Shown: one piece after another, positions 37,060-51,700 of the stretch | Position numbering within the stretch: the first letter of the stretch is position 1 | Layout of the letters: each line of letters begins with the position of its first letter | From: Trichoplax adhaerens | Lineage: Eukaryota > Animalia > Placozoa | NCBI RefSeq assembly: GCF_000150275.1 | Contig: NW_002060953.1 | Location: 604,978-668,977 of the forward strand | Length of the DNA stretch: 64,000 nucleotides | Direction of reading: 5' to 3' | Position numbers and translations under genes: made by a program | Notes under the pieces: generated by a model | What the model was told of the DNA's origin: nothing | Seen by the model: the letters and a program-made list of their open reading frames with translations, nothing else | The model's database searches: none

Positions 37060-37300
37060 TAAGTCTGTGCGCGGTAGTCATGACTCTACCCCCCCTTCCC
37101 AGGTAGTGAAGCGCTATTGAGTATTGACTCAGCGTATTGTACGTTGTGCGTCAGTTGTGACAGACAACTGTGATTAGAGTACGGTTGACAGCTCGGTTCT
37201 GCGTAATGATTGGTGAAACCCTCCTGATAACTGGTACAGGTCACCTTGATTGGCTCACGTCATGCCGCCCCCGCCTCCCTCTAGTAAAGTCACTCGCACC
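37060..37300 (+). promoter_or_regulatory. Probable promoter of the G-gamma gene
   Basis: GC/CpG-richer patch containing TGACTCA (37125), inverted CCAAT boxes ATTGG (37209, 37249), a CRE-like TCACGTCA (37255) and a GC box CCGCCCCCGCC (37265), ~250 bp upstream of the ATG. Confidence 0.6.
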
Positions 37301-37519
37301 TTTGTACTGAATCTTCTTCATTAACCGTGAGAGAACATCTCAAAGTGGGGGAAAAAAAAAAAAGGCTGAAAAAAATCTTCTTGACTACTTGAAGATTTTG
37401 AGGTGGAAAAATTCAACTCCAATCCTGCTAGTCTACAACGCTAAGTGGATTTAAGATCGATCGATCCATTCTTGCTGTTTAATTTTGTATCGAATTGATC
37501 GTTGACTTGATAAAACGCC

Positions 37520-40500
37520 ATGTCCAATCAATCGACCGCAGTTCTATTTAAGAAAATTGTTGAACAACTAAGCAAAGAAGCTAAAAATGAACGTCTCAAA
37601 GTCTCTGAAACAGCCAAAGAGTAAGTTGACGATAAATAGGCAATGGATTTTTTTTCTTCTTCGATACAGGATAAATGAAGGCATGGTCAATCTCTTGATC
37701 TTTGAAAAGTTATTCAACTGTAGTTAATTGTGTGGAGAAAACAATACCATACTCTCCTAGTAGATTGTCTTCGGTGATATAACCATGGATAAACATTGAC
37801 AGTGCTTTTCTCCATCTTGGCTTTGTTTCTTCATTATATTGTATGCGCAACATATTATTTAGCCTAGTGCCAAAGTACCCCAACACTAATCCCCACCGAC
37901 AATGGCTTACCTTTGATCATCGCTAATACCCTATTGACTAGCGTGCTTTCGATACTGCTTCTCATGCAATATTAATGGTGGTACAAAGAAATCGAGACAG
38001 TGAGTAAAAAAAAAGAAGTACAAGCAACAACCCAATTGGATTGATGTAGTCAGTAGTAGGAGCCATCATTCTTAATTCACTCGTTTGTTCTCAGCAACAA
38101 TGTTGCTATTTCGATCAGACTACGCTTAAGAGAAGATGGCGTTCCATATTTCCAAGTAGTTGATAGGAAAATAACAACATGATCAACTTGACTAATAAAC
38201 TCGAAGCGTCATGACAATGCTGTCGCTTGTAAGGGGGGGGGGTTAAGATTCAGTCGCCAGTACGAGCATAGGATGATGTAGTTCATTGCGTAAGTGTTGA
38301 TGGCTTTCGAGTATCATCATTTACCTTAATGAACTTTTAACGTCCTTAAAAAAGCCCACCCGACTGAGGTACTACGTACACGAGTGTCTTGCCATTGGTG
38401 AAGGACGCGTATCATATATCACTCATAACATGATTAATACCATTAATCGACTTAGCGATCTTAGTAGATATCATATAGACTTGGGACTGCGTCATATTTG
38501 TAAGATGATTAGTATCAAATTCATTTCATTTTTGAAGAAGAATGTTAATATTGTTCTAACATGATTAATTCGCATTAATAAACTGGAAATGGCCTAAAGA
38601 CTCGGTTGCAACTCAGCAACTCTTGCTAGGTCTATTACAACAGGCTAATAATTCGAAGTCATAATCAACTGGCATACATTGACTTGTTTTTTCGTTCTAC
38701 ATTGAAATACTTTAGTTCTTAATTAAATGTCGAGACTCGAGTGATAGGAAAAGCGAATGAGCTGTTGATTTCGAGATTGTGCTGTCGATACTTTCTAAAT
38801 TAATGACACTCTTTCAATCACGAGGTACTGGAATTTACTTCAATAAAAGGGGGGTGTCTTTCCAATTAGGAATTCGAAGAAATGATGCTTTACTTTTACA
38901 TTATATTTCATCACAGATTGAAATCAAAATCAATGTATAGCTATTGATAGAAATACTTTTACAGTAATTGTCCTTGATGGTAGCAGTTGCTGCTAAAACA
39001 CACTGCTTCATTTTCACTAAGTGTAAATTCGAAATTTTAGTGGCGCTTGAAAAGAATACTCTTTGTGATGGTTGTAGTCAGTACTACGTTTAAATTTTAA
39101 TCAGAATGATCTAGTTTTACTGCATTCAATGCTAATACGTACTGTACTCAGTGTACTGTACAGTATGCTGCAAACTTTTAATGTACAGGAGTTGTACCAT
39201 ATTTCAGCAATTACTGTCGTATAAAGTTGAAAGACTGATGCACAGCATACGTACGCATATGTTTGAACTTTGGGAGTAGACAGTATCCATGAAATACTCT
39301 TACATCTTTCAATGGATTTACAATGCTTCGGTGATTACTGCCTTATTTAACTCTATAATGATCGTAAATCTTCATCACAAATATAGTACTGTAGAAACAT
39401 CATGGATTTGGTGTATTTGCGGAGTACTGATGATGAAATCAATTCTCTATCGAATAAAAGCTATGTTATGCTTGAACAACGAGTAGGATCTATAAGATTA
39501 ATTCAGGCAAACTGAATAAGGCATAAATATGGGTACTCGAGTATACAGTATACGGTACTCATATTGATTATAAATATAATTAATTAATTTGATTATTATC
39601 ATACTTGGTAAGCGTTGTTTTCAACAATCATTTTCACCGTACTCTAAAAATGAAGCTGTTTGTGGTATAGTAACAGTGACGTAAGAGGAATTCTTTTCTT
39701 ATTATCGTACAGATTCAGCGAGTAAACGAAATTTAACGCTAGGGGTATCTTCATCGTCTGTGATTGCATTAAACGTATAAAGATCTTCTGATAATACTTT
39801 CTATTTTGAATCTTTCCTAAAACACTTTATCCTTGATTAAATAAATTAAATTTAGTGGTGTACTATATATATATACAGTATATATATATATACGAGTATA
39901 TCTACATGTAACTTGTTGATGGACAATAAGAAATTGTAGATACTATAATGTTGTTGAACAATGTGAAAGTGGCATAGGTAAATACAGTATCAACTATTAA
40001 ACACTAAGAAAAAGTTTATAACTTATCTATAACTTATACAAGGAAGAATTAAAAAATTCATCATATGCAGTGCGCATTAGTGCATCATTTTCTCACAAAA
40101 TCTTCTTTTTCGTCATTGTACTATCCTAACTAATAATTATATTATTAATTAATTATTAATAATTATGAAATATTCCTGCATTTTTTCATATTCGTGGGAC
40201 CTTAGCTACCTTCAACCCTTTCATTGAATTTTATTGTATACTAGATTGGGTAGTGATAAATAAATAACTTATGAACAAGGAATCTTTTATAAAGATCATA
40301 GTGTATAAAATCAAAGATATTCAAATGAAATGCTGAATAAACTTGTTACTCAATATGCGCTTACTGCATTTTTATTCTGTGCCTACTATGTATTTTAGTG
40401 CAACATTTAGAATTAGTCATATATACAGTATGGTACCTATCAGTCAATAGTTAATTCATTGTAACTAGAAACTGTACATATTAGATATTATCTGTAGTCC

Positions 40501-40663
40501 TCATTTATTAACCATAATTTTATTGTATTTTATATTATTTATTTATGGCTGTCTCAGTTTGATACAATATTGCTCTCATCACGCAGCTGGCGATCCACTT
40601 GTATCTGGAGTACCATATGGTGAGAATCCGTTTGTGGAGAAAAGTCGTTGTACCCTGGTGTAA
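37520..40663 (+). CDS. GNG: Heterotrimeric G-protein gamma subunit (GGL domain, C-terminal CaaX), 2 exons, 68 aa
   Basis: Exon 1 37520-37620 MSNQSTAVLFKKIVEQLSKEAKNERLKVSETAK(GA|gtaagt). Exon 2 40558-40663 (tctcag|T)LIQYCSHHAAGDPLVSGVPYGENPFVEKSRCTLV*. It carries the Ggamma hallmarks VEQL..EA...R.KVS, YC, DPL, ENPF and CaaX. AATAAA at 40949 and 40963. Confidence 0.95.
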
Positions 40664-42757
40664 TCTAAAAAGATACTGTGGAAACTCATATCAAGGATTT
40701 TGAAATATTTGAAGCCTATGATCGTATAGTTTTAAATGTTAGAGCTGATATTTAACATTTTCCTTATATCAAACTACTGCTATTAAATATTTTAGTATTA
40801 TGGCTTATTTTGTATGCTAATTATTAATTGTTTGCTTAACTTAAACGAGACTATCATCAAAATTGTTTTCAATAGTGTCCGATATTACGTCTGTTTCACA
40901 CACTCTTTTATGAACCTGCTTATATCACGGTATCTAGGTCATAGAAGTAATAAAAGAAATACAATAAAGAACGTGTATACTACGATTTATTGACATCGTA
41001 GTCCGCTCCGTAATGGCTTTGACTGAGTTAAAGTCGATTTAAGAAACTTGCTTTTTGCATGATTCCATAGACTGACCAGTGCCTTGATTCTGTAAACATT
41101 TCCATGTGTTCTACCGCTTTTTTTTTAACTTACCATTCAGTATGTATCTAGATGTGTTTGTAATGATACAATATAATTGAAGGTGTACCAACAGAAATAA
41201 GATGCTATGTTGCTTGAATAGAAAGTAAAAGCTGTTGAAGGCACGTGCAAGAACGATGCCTTCAGATTATACTTGTGTGTTCTTATAGTCTGCATCGTTG
41301 CAAGTGAAATACATAATTGTTCGTTATGTTAAACAATTTGATTCTTTATTAGAGTATTGAAAAATCACAAACTATTTGCTGTTTTCTTACCTGTGGTAGA
41401 CTACATGTTATTAAAAAATAACCGATTAAAGCTTGACATGCTATTACTTAACGTCTATACTAATATCCTACTCCGCTCAATGTTATCAACGATAATTGTT
41501 TCTAGATATGAGTGGGCTAATTCAAGCAATATCGAAGTCATGAAATGAGCTTCAGCATTTAACTTCATTCATATATGGAACACAAAATCTTTGAATTACT
41601 GTACAATTTAAGAATTCGCTTAGTCTCTGACAAAATCAAGGTTTGGCCACTTGTTGATGATAAATGCAGATGTTTATATCTCTACAAGACCTTGTAAAAG
41701 CGGCTGTTGGAACCGTTAGTTAACAATACCTAAATTGAAGCGGTTTTGTTTACTTGATAAGTATGATGTCTTTAGCTTCGTTGATACAATATACGTAATA
41801 GCGATAAAGTGTGCCCAATATCATCAAATTTTTTCCAAAGAATTTGCGATTAAATTTACAATCATTGAAATTGAATAATTCAGAAGTGGTTATATTACAA
41901 TTGAGACTGAATAGACCATGGATAGGTTATTCTAGTATCACATTTTAAAATTAAAACCATCAGCATCAACAGCGTAGTGGATAGACTTTTGCTATAGGCA
42001 CTAGCTGTTAGTGAATTGCGAATCACGACGAAATGTGGTGATTATTGCGGCGCTGTTTTATCCATCTCAAAGTCGTATCATTATAAAAACTAATGTAAAA
42101 ATCCGCTGGTTTTATTTCACGTATTGTGCCATCGAGGTTCGTAGTGTATAACAATTCCGACGCAATTTACAACTTAATATCAATCAAGTCTACGCTAATT
42201 AATGAACTATGAGATAAAGTATGAGAATACTGAAAATACAGTATTAAGTGAGAAGGGAGTCTACAGTACAGTGTAACTGGCATGTAATGACAAATTTTAA
42301 TAAAATCGCACAAAAAGCGTTTAATCTATTTTACGAGTAGGTTTTATTTCATATACGAATATCGTTGACCTATACAGGTACTGAAATTGAGATGAAATTA
42401 AAAAAATATTTAGAAACAGAATCTTTGTTAGTACGTTCAATCATATAAGAATAATTCTTTATCAATTTAGGAAAGATAGTTAAAAAAAGTGTTGGGTTGA
42501 TATACGCGTACTGCTAGCAATGTCGCTATGAAGAAAGGGATTTTACTTTTTACACAGCGCTATCTTACTATTCCTATTAAATCAATCTTAGAATATAAAA
42601 TTATCGAAATCGATCAAAACCATTTTAATCTAAAGAATTATCTACGAGTATTAATATGAGATTCTTCAAAAAAATAATCATTTTTGATACCTATCGTATC
42701 TAAACAAATTTCATTTTGATTAGCAAGAAGGGTATTACATGATACTACTAAAATTTA

Positions 42758-45700
42758 CTATTGATAAACAGATTCATCATTATCTTCATAAAGGGGATTG
42801 GTAATGGCTTCAGCTCCTTGGTTTACATCTTCAGAGTATAATGGATTAGTAATGGAAGTTGGTCTTTCCGTCTATAGGGCAAAAAATGGTCATAATTCGT
42901 AATATTAATTACTCGACTTGCTTATTTAATAAATTAATACATTGAGAAGTAATTTAGCCTACCGTATCCTCAATAGTATTCGGGGCTTCTGCATCGCCTA
43001 GTTGAAATTCCTCTAGAGGCACTTGTTGTTCGTAGGCTTCGTATATAGGATTTCCAACTCCACCTTTGCCCTTTAATCGTGCAGCATAGCTGAAATTGCT
43101 GTGAATGAAAGCAGTCATACTTTCTTAATAATACATATATATATAATTGTTTGCATGCATACAGAAACAAAACATAGTAGTCTTGTTGCGACTATTATAT
43201 TGAATATGTTAAATCAATAATAACTAAAGCAATCAGAAAGCTACACTATTTACTTGCTATACTGTTGTTATTCAAAAAATGTTCACAGTACTTACAATGA
43301 TCGACGTCTGTAGAAGTAGTAAACAGCTCCAACACCGCCTACAATCAGTAATGTCAGGCAGACACCAAGTGCAACCCAACCACCGGAATTAGCTGCTTGT
43401 GGTTGAGTAGCTAAGGCAAAAAAATTTAAATTTAATAATGTCCAAAGATATTAGCTTAGAAATGCTTATAAATTGCAACATGCAATTTATTACTGCTACA
43501 ATTTACCACAGAAAAATGACTTGCAAATTATTGAAATATATCGTAACTAATTCAAACTTCATTGTATGGCGAATTACTTTTAGCTATTGATAAACATATT
43601 CATAGTACAGCATCTTTTCTACAACGTCGCAGTCGAGCATAAATAAATAATAATATTGGCAAGGCCATGATATTAAATAGTACAACGCAAATTATAGAGC
43701 TTATTCCTATCTTACTTGTGCAGTTGTATTCATCAGATCCATCAATACAGTCTGTGCTTCCGTCACATGTCAAAGTACTATTAATGCAACCAGCCAATTG
43801 ACACTTAAACTCGTCCTTGCGACAAGGTCTTTGGAGTTGGCCTAAATCAAGTTATCAAAAATGTTTGTTTGATTTACGGAAGGCTGACATGAAATTTTTC
43901 TGATCTTACTGTATTTCTTACTAAATACAATTAAGCTATCGATACTGTGTTAATGTAATACAGTTGTTATGCTAGTATAAAGTCAGTTGATGATCAAGAA
44001 TGCCTTGGAGATTGCAAATGCCAATGGACGCAATACGGCAATAAATCACACATGGTATATGGAAATAGTCATTCTACAATAAATAAAATCTATGTACGAT
44101 TTTCATCTTTATCTGACACATTAAAGTTATTTTTTATATAAAATATTTCAACCGATCATCTAGTTATATATTCACGTGTTTATATCCAAAGACACAATAA
44201 CAGAAAATAGTGAATTGTTGCCTGGAAATTACTACAGAAAATCTGCTTACAATGATAGCCGTAACGCTATAACTTACCACATTTTTGTTCGTCTGCAACA
44301 TTGTCGCAATCATCTACTCCATCACATCGCCATGAGTTTGGTAAGCATACCAAGTTACCGTTAATTGGACATGTAAAGTTGGTATTTGATTGAGGACATT
44401 GACTACCTTGTAGAGGTAACGGGGTAATTGGAGTGCCTATAGTTATTATAGTACAGAAATTTAAATTATATGCATGAATTATTTTTGAGTTACGATATGG
44501 ACGCCATACAAAGTCAAACATAAGGAGTAAAATTATTAATGTATAGTATTAGCTAAACTAACTGCCCTACTTACATACTTACAAGTAAAAGAGACTATTT
44601 CATATCGTATATTTTACAGTTACGGGATATGTTACGTGTATTTAGCTTAAAAATTGTTACTTTCCACAATTGCGAACGAATTTAAAGTAGGTGCATGGTT
44701 TAGAGCTATTCTTACTGCAAACCTTAACAAAATTTTCGATTTTTAGAAAGGCTTACCTCCTTGTATACAGCCAGGAGTAAAGCTAACATCATCAATAGCG
44801 CTATCACCAAAGTTTCCATCTACAATTCCTTCAAATACGATTCGGTAGGATGTTTGACTACCAATGGGTACGATCGCACGATGCCAACTTGGTCCTAAGG
44901 GTTACACAATTCTATTAGTATAGTAGCGAAAATACTTTTATATTGTTTAAAAAGAGCATTGCAATGCTTTGTTGTGTTAAAATTAACTTCATCTTAGCTA
45001 TTCCATTACTATTAGAAAAATCATATGCAGTAATGATCAACTTATGACTCTACTTCTACGATCAACAAGAGATAAACAATTTCAAGCAGACAACTCGATA
45101 AAAAGCATAAATTAGCCCTAGTTTTATCGTTTCAGTAAATTTTTGGGAATTTTAATTATGAAAAGTTAAGTAATGATCAAACTTTGCGACACTGACTATC
45201 CTAAATATAGGGGTATTATTGTTGCTATGAATCAAGATACCTTGGTTGCCTGTTAATGAGAACACTTGTCCGAGATTGACATTATTTTGATTTATTAATA
45301 TAACTCTAAGGGTGCCAACGGAACTGCCATACATATTATAGTAAAAACGCAACCAACATACTCCACTACTTGGTGGCAATACTGGCCCAGCTATTTGTGC
45401 GATATCTCCAGGTCTTCGTGGCAAAGATGTCTCCATATATAGGAAAGATCCTGTATCGATATCGATTAGATCATAAATTAAATCCTTTTAGAAATCAAAC
45501 TAATAACCAAGATTGTGTCATAAATATAAAAATTTGAAAATATAAATATTTTAATTTAAATAGTTGAAATAACCTGTGGATGTAGACTTAGTAGTGTGGT
45601 CATTGCCGGGACCGGTGCTACTACTGGGAGTACTTCTGCCTCTAGACCAATGGAAGTTGCCAGAATCTAAATCTGTCCAATCGCACTTACCAGTGTCGAA

Positions 45701-48700
45701 AGTACAACTTCCTTTTTGAGAATAATAATTGCCTGTAGGTAGGTTAAATAATATTAATTATTAAGTATTTATTTTAATTACAAAAAGCTTTTGAAGATAT
45801 CAAAGAATTTACTAAAATTATTCAAATACATCCATTATCAAGCATTTACATTAGCACTTACAACTAGTAGTATGTTTACTACTATAGATTGTCAAACTTA
45901 TTGATAATATTAAATTTGCTTCAGTGACTTGTTAGTTTTGATTGCTCAATACATAAAATTTTGCAGTTAGACTTACCGCAGTTCATTTCATCTGTGCCAT
46001 CACTGCAATCTTTTTGACGATCACAGCGATAGTAGCTTTTGATGCAGTTGCCGTTTCCACATCTAAATTCTTGTCTGTTGCAATATCTATTCACTATTTA
46101 TATTATTAATAGTAGTTAATACCAAACGAGTGAGTCTTTATATTCAATAGAAAGACATTGTACACTTATATAAATGAGAGAAAAATTTATAAACGCACCT
46201 GTCAAACATTTACTGAATTGAACATCATCAATAGCCACATAAGAAGTTTTAGAATATTGCGTTGAACCGGCAAGTATGATCTTAAATTTGGATTGAGAAC
46301 CAATATTGGCGATAGCCTTTTTCCATTGATTTTTGGTATCTTGACTAATGTAAGTTAATTTTCTCGTTTCGACTTGGTCTTCAATGTAAACGCCAATGTA
46401 ACGATGGCTAAGCGATTTCGACATGGCGTACCAAAATGAGATTTGACAATCATGCCCTGAGTTAGCGTATGTTACCGTTTCTAGCATAGCAACCATTCTA
46501 TTATTATAATTACTTTTGGGTACAACATATAAATAGTGGCCAGGAGTGGTGACTTTGCTATGGTCAGTAGTTGGTGTATTCGGGTTATTAGTATTATTGG
46601 CTAGAGTGAGGGTCCAATTCATGCCTGAATTGTATGGAGTTCTTGACCAACCACACCAACCGTTTTCGAAGTTGCATGACGATCCACAGTTTAATTCATC
46701 TGATCCATCATTGCAATCGTTATTAAAATTGCATACTTTTCCACGATCAATACATTGAGCTCCGCTAGCACAAGTGAATTGATTGGCGCCACAGCTGCCA
46801 GGTTGTGTTGGTGTTGGAGTTGGCATACCAGGAATGGTGCCACCGGGTTTACAACCAGGTGTAAATGAGACACCATCAAGGCCAAGTTCAGAATCGTAAC
46901 GTCTTCCTACGATTCCTTCAAAAACAACTTGGAAAGGTGAAGAGGTAGCAATCGGTAGGATAAGTTTTTTCCAGAATGCAATAGTATTGTTGCTAGTAGT
47001 ATAAATTCGCTGTAAGCCATTAGGTGAGTTATAACTTGTTCGTATATAAACATTAAGTGTGCCGATAAATGTTCCCGGTGATATATAGAAGAAACGCACT
47101 GAGCAACTTGCACTTTGTGCTGCTGCTTGGAATACTTTAGTGATAAGTCGAGAACTATCACCTGCATTAGCTGGATATGTGTCCCTCAATTTCATATAAT
47201 AACCAGAAGTAGAGCCTTGAGTAGCATCAGTTTTGATAGCACCGAAAGTTGAGCCTTGCTCTCTTCTCCATGTTGTACCCAGGCTCATTTCGGTAAAGTA
47301 GCATAAGCCGTGTTCAAAATCACAACGGGCAACTGCATAATTGGTACATGACGTTGTTTCATCCAAATTATTACCACAGTCATTGCCATAATCACAGACA
47401 TATTGATTATTGACACACAAACCTCCAGTACAGTTAAATGTATTTGGCGGACAAACACTATAAATTGGTGGAGGTTTACAATTTTTAAAAGTGATATCAT
47501 CAAGAGCGATATCGCCTTGATAGGATACACCACGTGTAGCAATAAAAACAACTTTGTAATTTCTCCTTAAGCCAATGATTACTTCAGCATTCTTCCATTG
47601 ACTACCTTGTCCAAGATCTTCAGTCCATAGTACATTATAACCCGTATTTCCAACTTGCACTGCTACACTAAGTGAACCAGTGATAAATCCACTCATATGA
47701 TACCAAAAGTTAATACTACATTGTTGTCCTGTTGATCCAATAGTTGGTGTCTGCAGGTATGCTCTGTCATTAAATTTTCCAGGCGATGAATCAGCGAAAG
47801 CATACCAGCCTGTATTTTTGCCTGTTGTGTGATCAATAGTGGGTCCAGTACTACCTCCAGTTGATGTTTTAGCTTGATGACGTTCCCACTTGTATTTAAC
47901 TCGGTTAGGATCAGTTGAGCTGCTTACCGGCAACCAACCGCACATTCCATTTTCAAAGTTGCAAGTAGTATTAACGCAATTTGTTTCATCAGAACCATCG
48001 TTACAGTCATTGTTAAAATTGCAAACCAAACTTTTATCGACACATTGGCCTGAACGACAACGGAATTGTAATGCAGTACATGCACTTGGTCCAGATGTTG
48101 TTGCGCCAGTGACTGGAGGTGTAGGTGCAGTAGGTAAAGCTTGACTATATGGTAAGCAATCTGGCGTTGTGGATATATCATCAATTGCTATATCGCCTGA
48201 GTGGCTATCGCCTACTGATCCTTGTAATATAATTTGGAAGTGACTAGATACCGGTAAAGAAACTTGTCCACGATGCCATAAATCGCCTTGGCTACCGCTC
48301 TTGGACCATAACTGTACTGTTGGACCATTAATTTGCGTTCTCATCAATACTGACAAGGTATTCACCGTTGATCCATACATATAGTAAAAGAATCGGATGG
48401 TACATTTAGTGGTTGTTGTGCGGAAATTACGACTTAATAATCTTGCTCGATCACCAAATTGTTGTGATGAGGCTTCAATATAGAGGTAATGACCAGCAAT
48501 AGTGCCAAGGGTATGATCACGATCTGGTCCAGTAGCAAAAGAAGGCGTTGGACCAGTTTGCATAGTCCAATCGAAATTGTCTGATGTGTTATCTTGTCTC
48601 CAATTACATAAGCCATGCTCGAAATCGCATCTGCTATAAGATTGACATTTTGTGCCAATTTCATCGGTATTATCACCACAATCATCAGTAAGATCGCATA

Positions 48701-51700
48701 GTTTATTGTTAGATACGCATGAACCTCGACTACATCGGAATTGACCTGGTAGACATGATGATACTATCGGTGGTAGGCTACAGTTATTAAAGCGAATATC
48801 ATCGATAGCAATAGCACCGTTAAATGATGTAAAATAACGCGCGTTAAATATAATTCGGAATTTAGTTTGTCTTGAAACGATCCCAATTGTTGCAGTATTC
48901 CATGATGTACCTTTGTCACCTCGTAATTGTATTAACCTAGTTGCTACCGGTAAACCTTGTTGTTGAAGGTAGACGTCTAATATGCCAGAAGTTGAGCTAT
49001 GCATCCAATAGGCGAATGATAGCGCACAACCCTGGAAAGCAAAATTGAAAGTTTTAGTTGTGAAATTTGCGTTCGAGTTAGAATTGGGTAATCCAAATGA
49101 TGATCCAAAACTTCCACCAATAAATGCATAATGTCCCTTAGCTGTTTTGAGCGTATTATCAGTTGATGGACCTTTCGATTCTAAACCTATAGAAGCTGCT
49201 ACCGTTTTCCATTTAAATGTCACTTTATTAAAGTTAGTATTCGATCCGGTCATGCTGCAATTACCATTCTCGAAAGTACACAATGAGAAACAACCTTGAG
49301 ACCATTCATCTGACCCATCTTGGCAGTCGTTAACAAAATCACAAACAAGGTTCTTAGGAATGCATGTTCCAGTTGAGTAACAACCAAATTGATTACTATT
49401 ACAATTATTTGGAACACGAATTGTTGGAGTAGTTAAAGTGGGTGTTGTAGCTCTTGGTGTTCTCGTAACAGGGAAGGTACCAGTGTATTGCTTACAGTCA
49501 GGAGTTAAGGATACATCATCAACAGCAATATCGCCTTGATAGTTTGCTCCAATAATACCTTCTAATAGAATCTGCACAGGTTGACTGCTAGATATTGGAA
49601 CAACAGCTCTATACCATTTTCCTCCTTGATTGCCAGATTTAGTCCAAGCAGTGGTTTCTATACCCCCTATACTTGTACGTGTTTTAACATTTAGCGTACC
49701 AATTCCAGATCCATACATGCTGTAGAAGAAGCGTAATTTACAATTGCCATTACTGCTAATTGAAATTGGTTTACTGGCTAATCTGGCTTTTTGACCTGGT
49801 GATTTACTAGTAGCATCGATGTACATATAGTAACCAGATGAAGTACCGTAAGTATGATCACGGAATGGACCGGTATTGGATGAAGCAACTGCGCCAGCAC
49901 CTCTTTGCCAATTAAAATTGTCGTCAACTAATTGAGTCCAACCGCAAGTACCAGCTTCAAAAGAACAACGTTGTTGATAGTTTCCACAGTTCAATTCATC
50001 GCTGTTGTCAGTAACACCGCAATCAACAGAATAGTCGCACACAAAATCATTCGAGATACAACCGTTACTAATACTACATTTGAATTGAGAACTACTAGGT
50101 GTAGTACACGTTGGAAGTGCGGAACAATTAATCATTTTCAAATCGTCGATTGCAACATCTCCATCAAATGAAGCACCTCGTACACCTTCCATGATCAATC
50201 TAAATGGCGAAGTTCGTCGGCCTATCGATACCATCGTCTGCTGCCACGTATTACCCTGACTGCCACTTTTTCCCCATAATTGTGCCATCTTGGTGCCATT
50301 AGTAGTTGCAACAAATACATTAAGATTGCCGATTGAGTCACCATACATGTGGCGCCAGAACGAAAATACGCAGGTGGCTGGGGCAAATTGGATTATAGAA
50401 CTGTATAAGTCTGCAGTATTACCGATAATTCCATTACTAGTTTCGATATAGAGGTAATGACCCGATGATGTTTGCAATGTGTGATCAGTAGCTGGGCCAG
50501 TCTGAAAGCTAGGAGTAGATCCTTTGTGACGAACCCAGTCAAAGTTATCCGAGCTACCATTATACCAGCCGCAATTAACGTCAGAAAATATTAATCGCTT
50601 TTCAAATGTACATGTGCCACAATTGGCTTCATCGGAACCGTCCGTGCAATCAGTTTTAAAGTCACAAACTTGGTTTTGCTTAATGCATTGTCCATTTGTA
50701 GTACATGTAAACCCATTGCATGCTGGAACTGTTGGCTTTGGCACTGTGGTAGGTAGATTTGGTATACTGCCACCAAATTTGCATCCTGGTGTAAAGCTAA
50801 TGTCATCAATAGCCATATCACTTGCGTATCCTGGGCCGGCTCTACCTTGAATGACAACCTGCATAGCAAATATTGAAATGATTAAAATACCTTGCAAAAT
50901 CAGTTGGTATCATATAGTTATGCCAAATAGTTACATCTTCGTTAGGCAATGAATTTTCTTCTAATTAATATATATTTATGTTACACATAGATGCTGTATA
51001 TATGCATAGAATACATTCTACGGTAGATGGATAAGATAGGGCCATAGGTAATTACAGCTACTTGCTATCTTAGATAATATTAATGAACAATACTTACTTG
51101 GAAGTTATTGTTGCTAGTAAGAGGGATAGAAACCCTGTACCAAGTATCTCCTAGATTACGAGATTTTGACCATAAAGGAGTCATTGTCCCGCCATAGGTA
51201 GTCCAATAATAGACAGAAAGTGTGCCCATGTCTTGGCCATTCATGTTATACCAAAATCTTAATGTACAAGCGGAAGATGCTGTTGCTGGTACTAGAACGG
51301 CACTTGCAAGTTTTGCGGTTTCGTTAGTTTTCTGTGGGAATGAGCCTTCAACATATAGATATTTTCCTAATAATGTATAAGACGATAATTTTTTAGCCTT
51401 TAGATCAGTAGCATCGCTAAGAAAAAGAAACTGTCAGAATAACTTTGTTTAAAACCCGACCAATTTCTTAACAATAATAGATAACAGTATCTTACCTAAA
51501 ATATTACCAGTAGTATGATCAGTGCTAGGTCCAGTTGCAGATGATACGGTTTGTCCTTGGCCTACGGTCCAATCAAAGTCATCATTTCCTGTTACTTGAG
51601 ACCAGGTGCATAATCCATTTTCAAAGTTACACCGGGTGTATGTTGAGCACACAAGCAATGTTTCATCTGTTTTGTCGCAACAATCGTTATTAAAATCGCA

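Noticed and set aside
46116-51495. ORFs 46116-50897 and 51449-62092 as two separate genes or secreted forms
   Set aside because: One MAM domain is split across them and is completed by the in-frame exon 51366-51098. The ORF ends are intron read-through.
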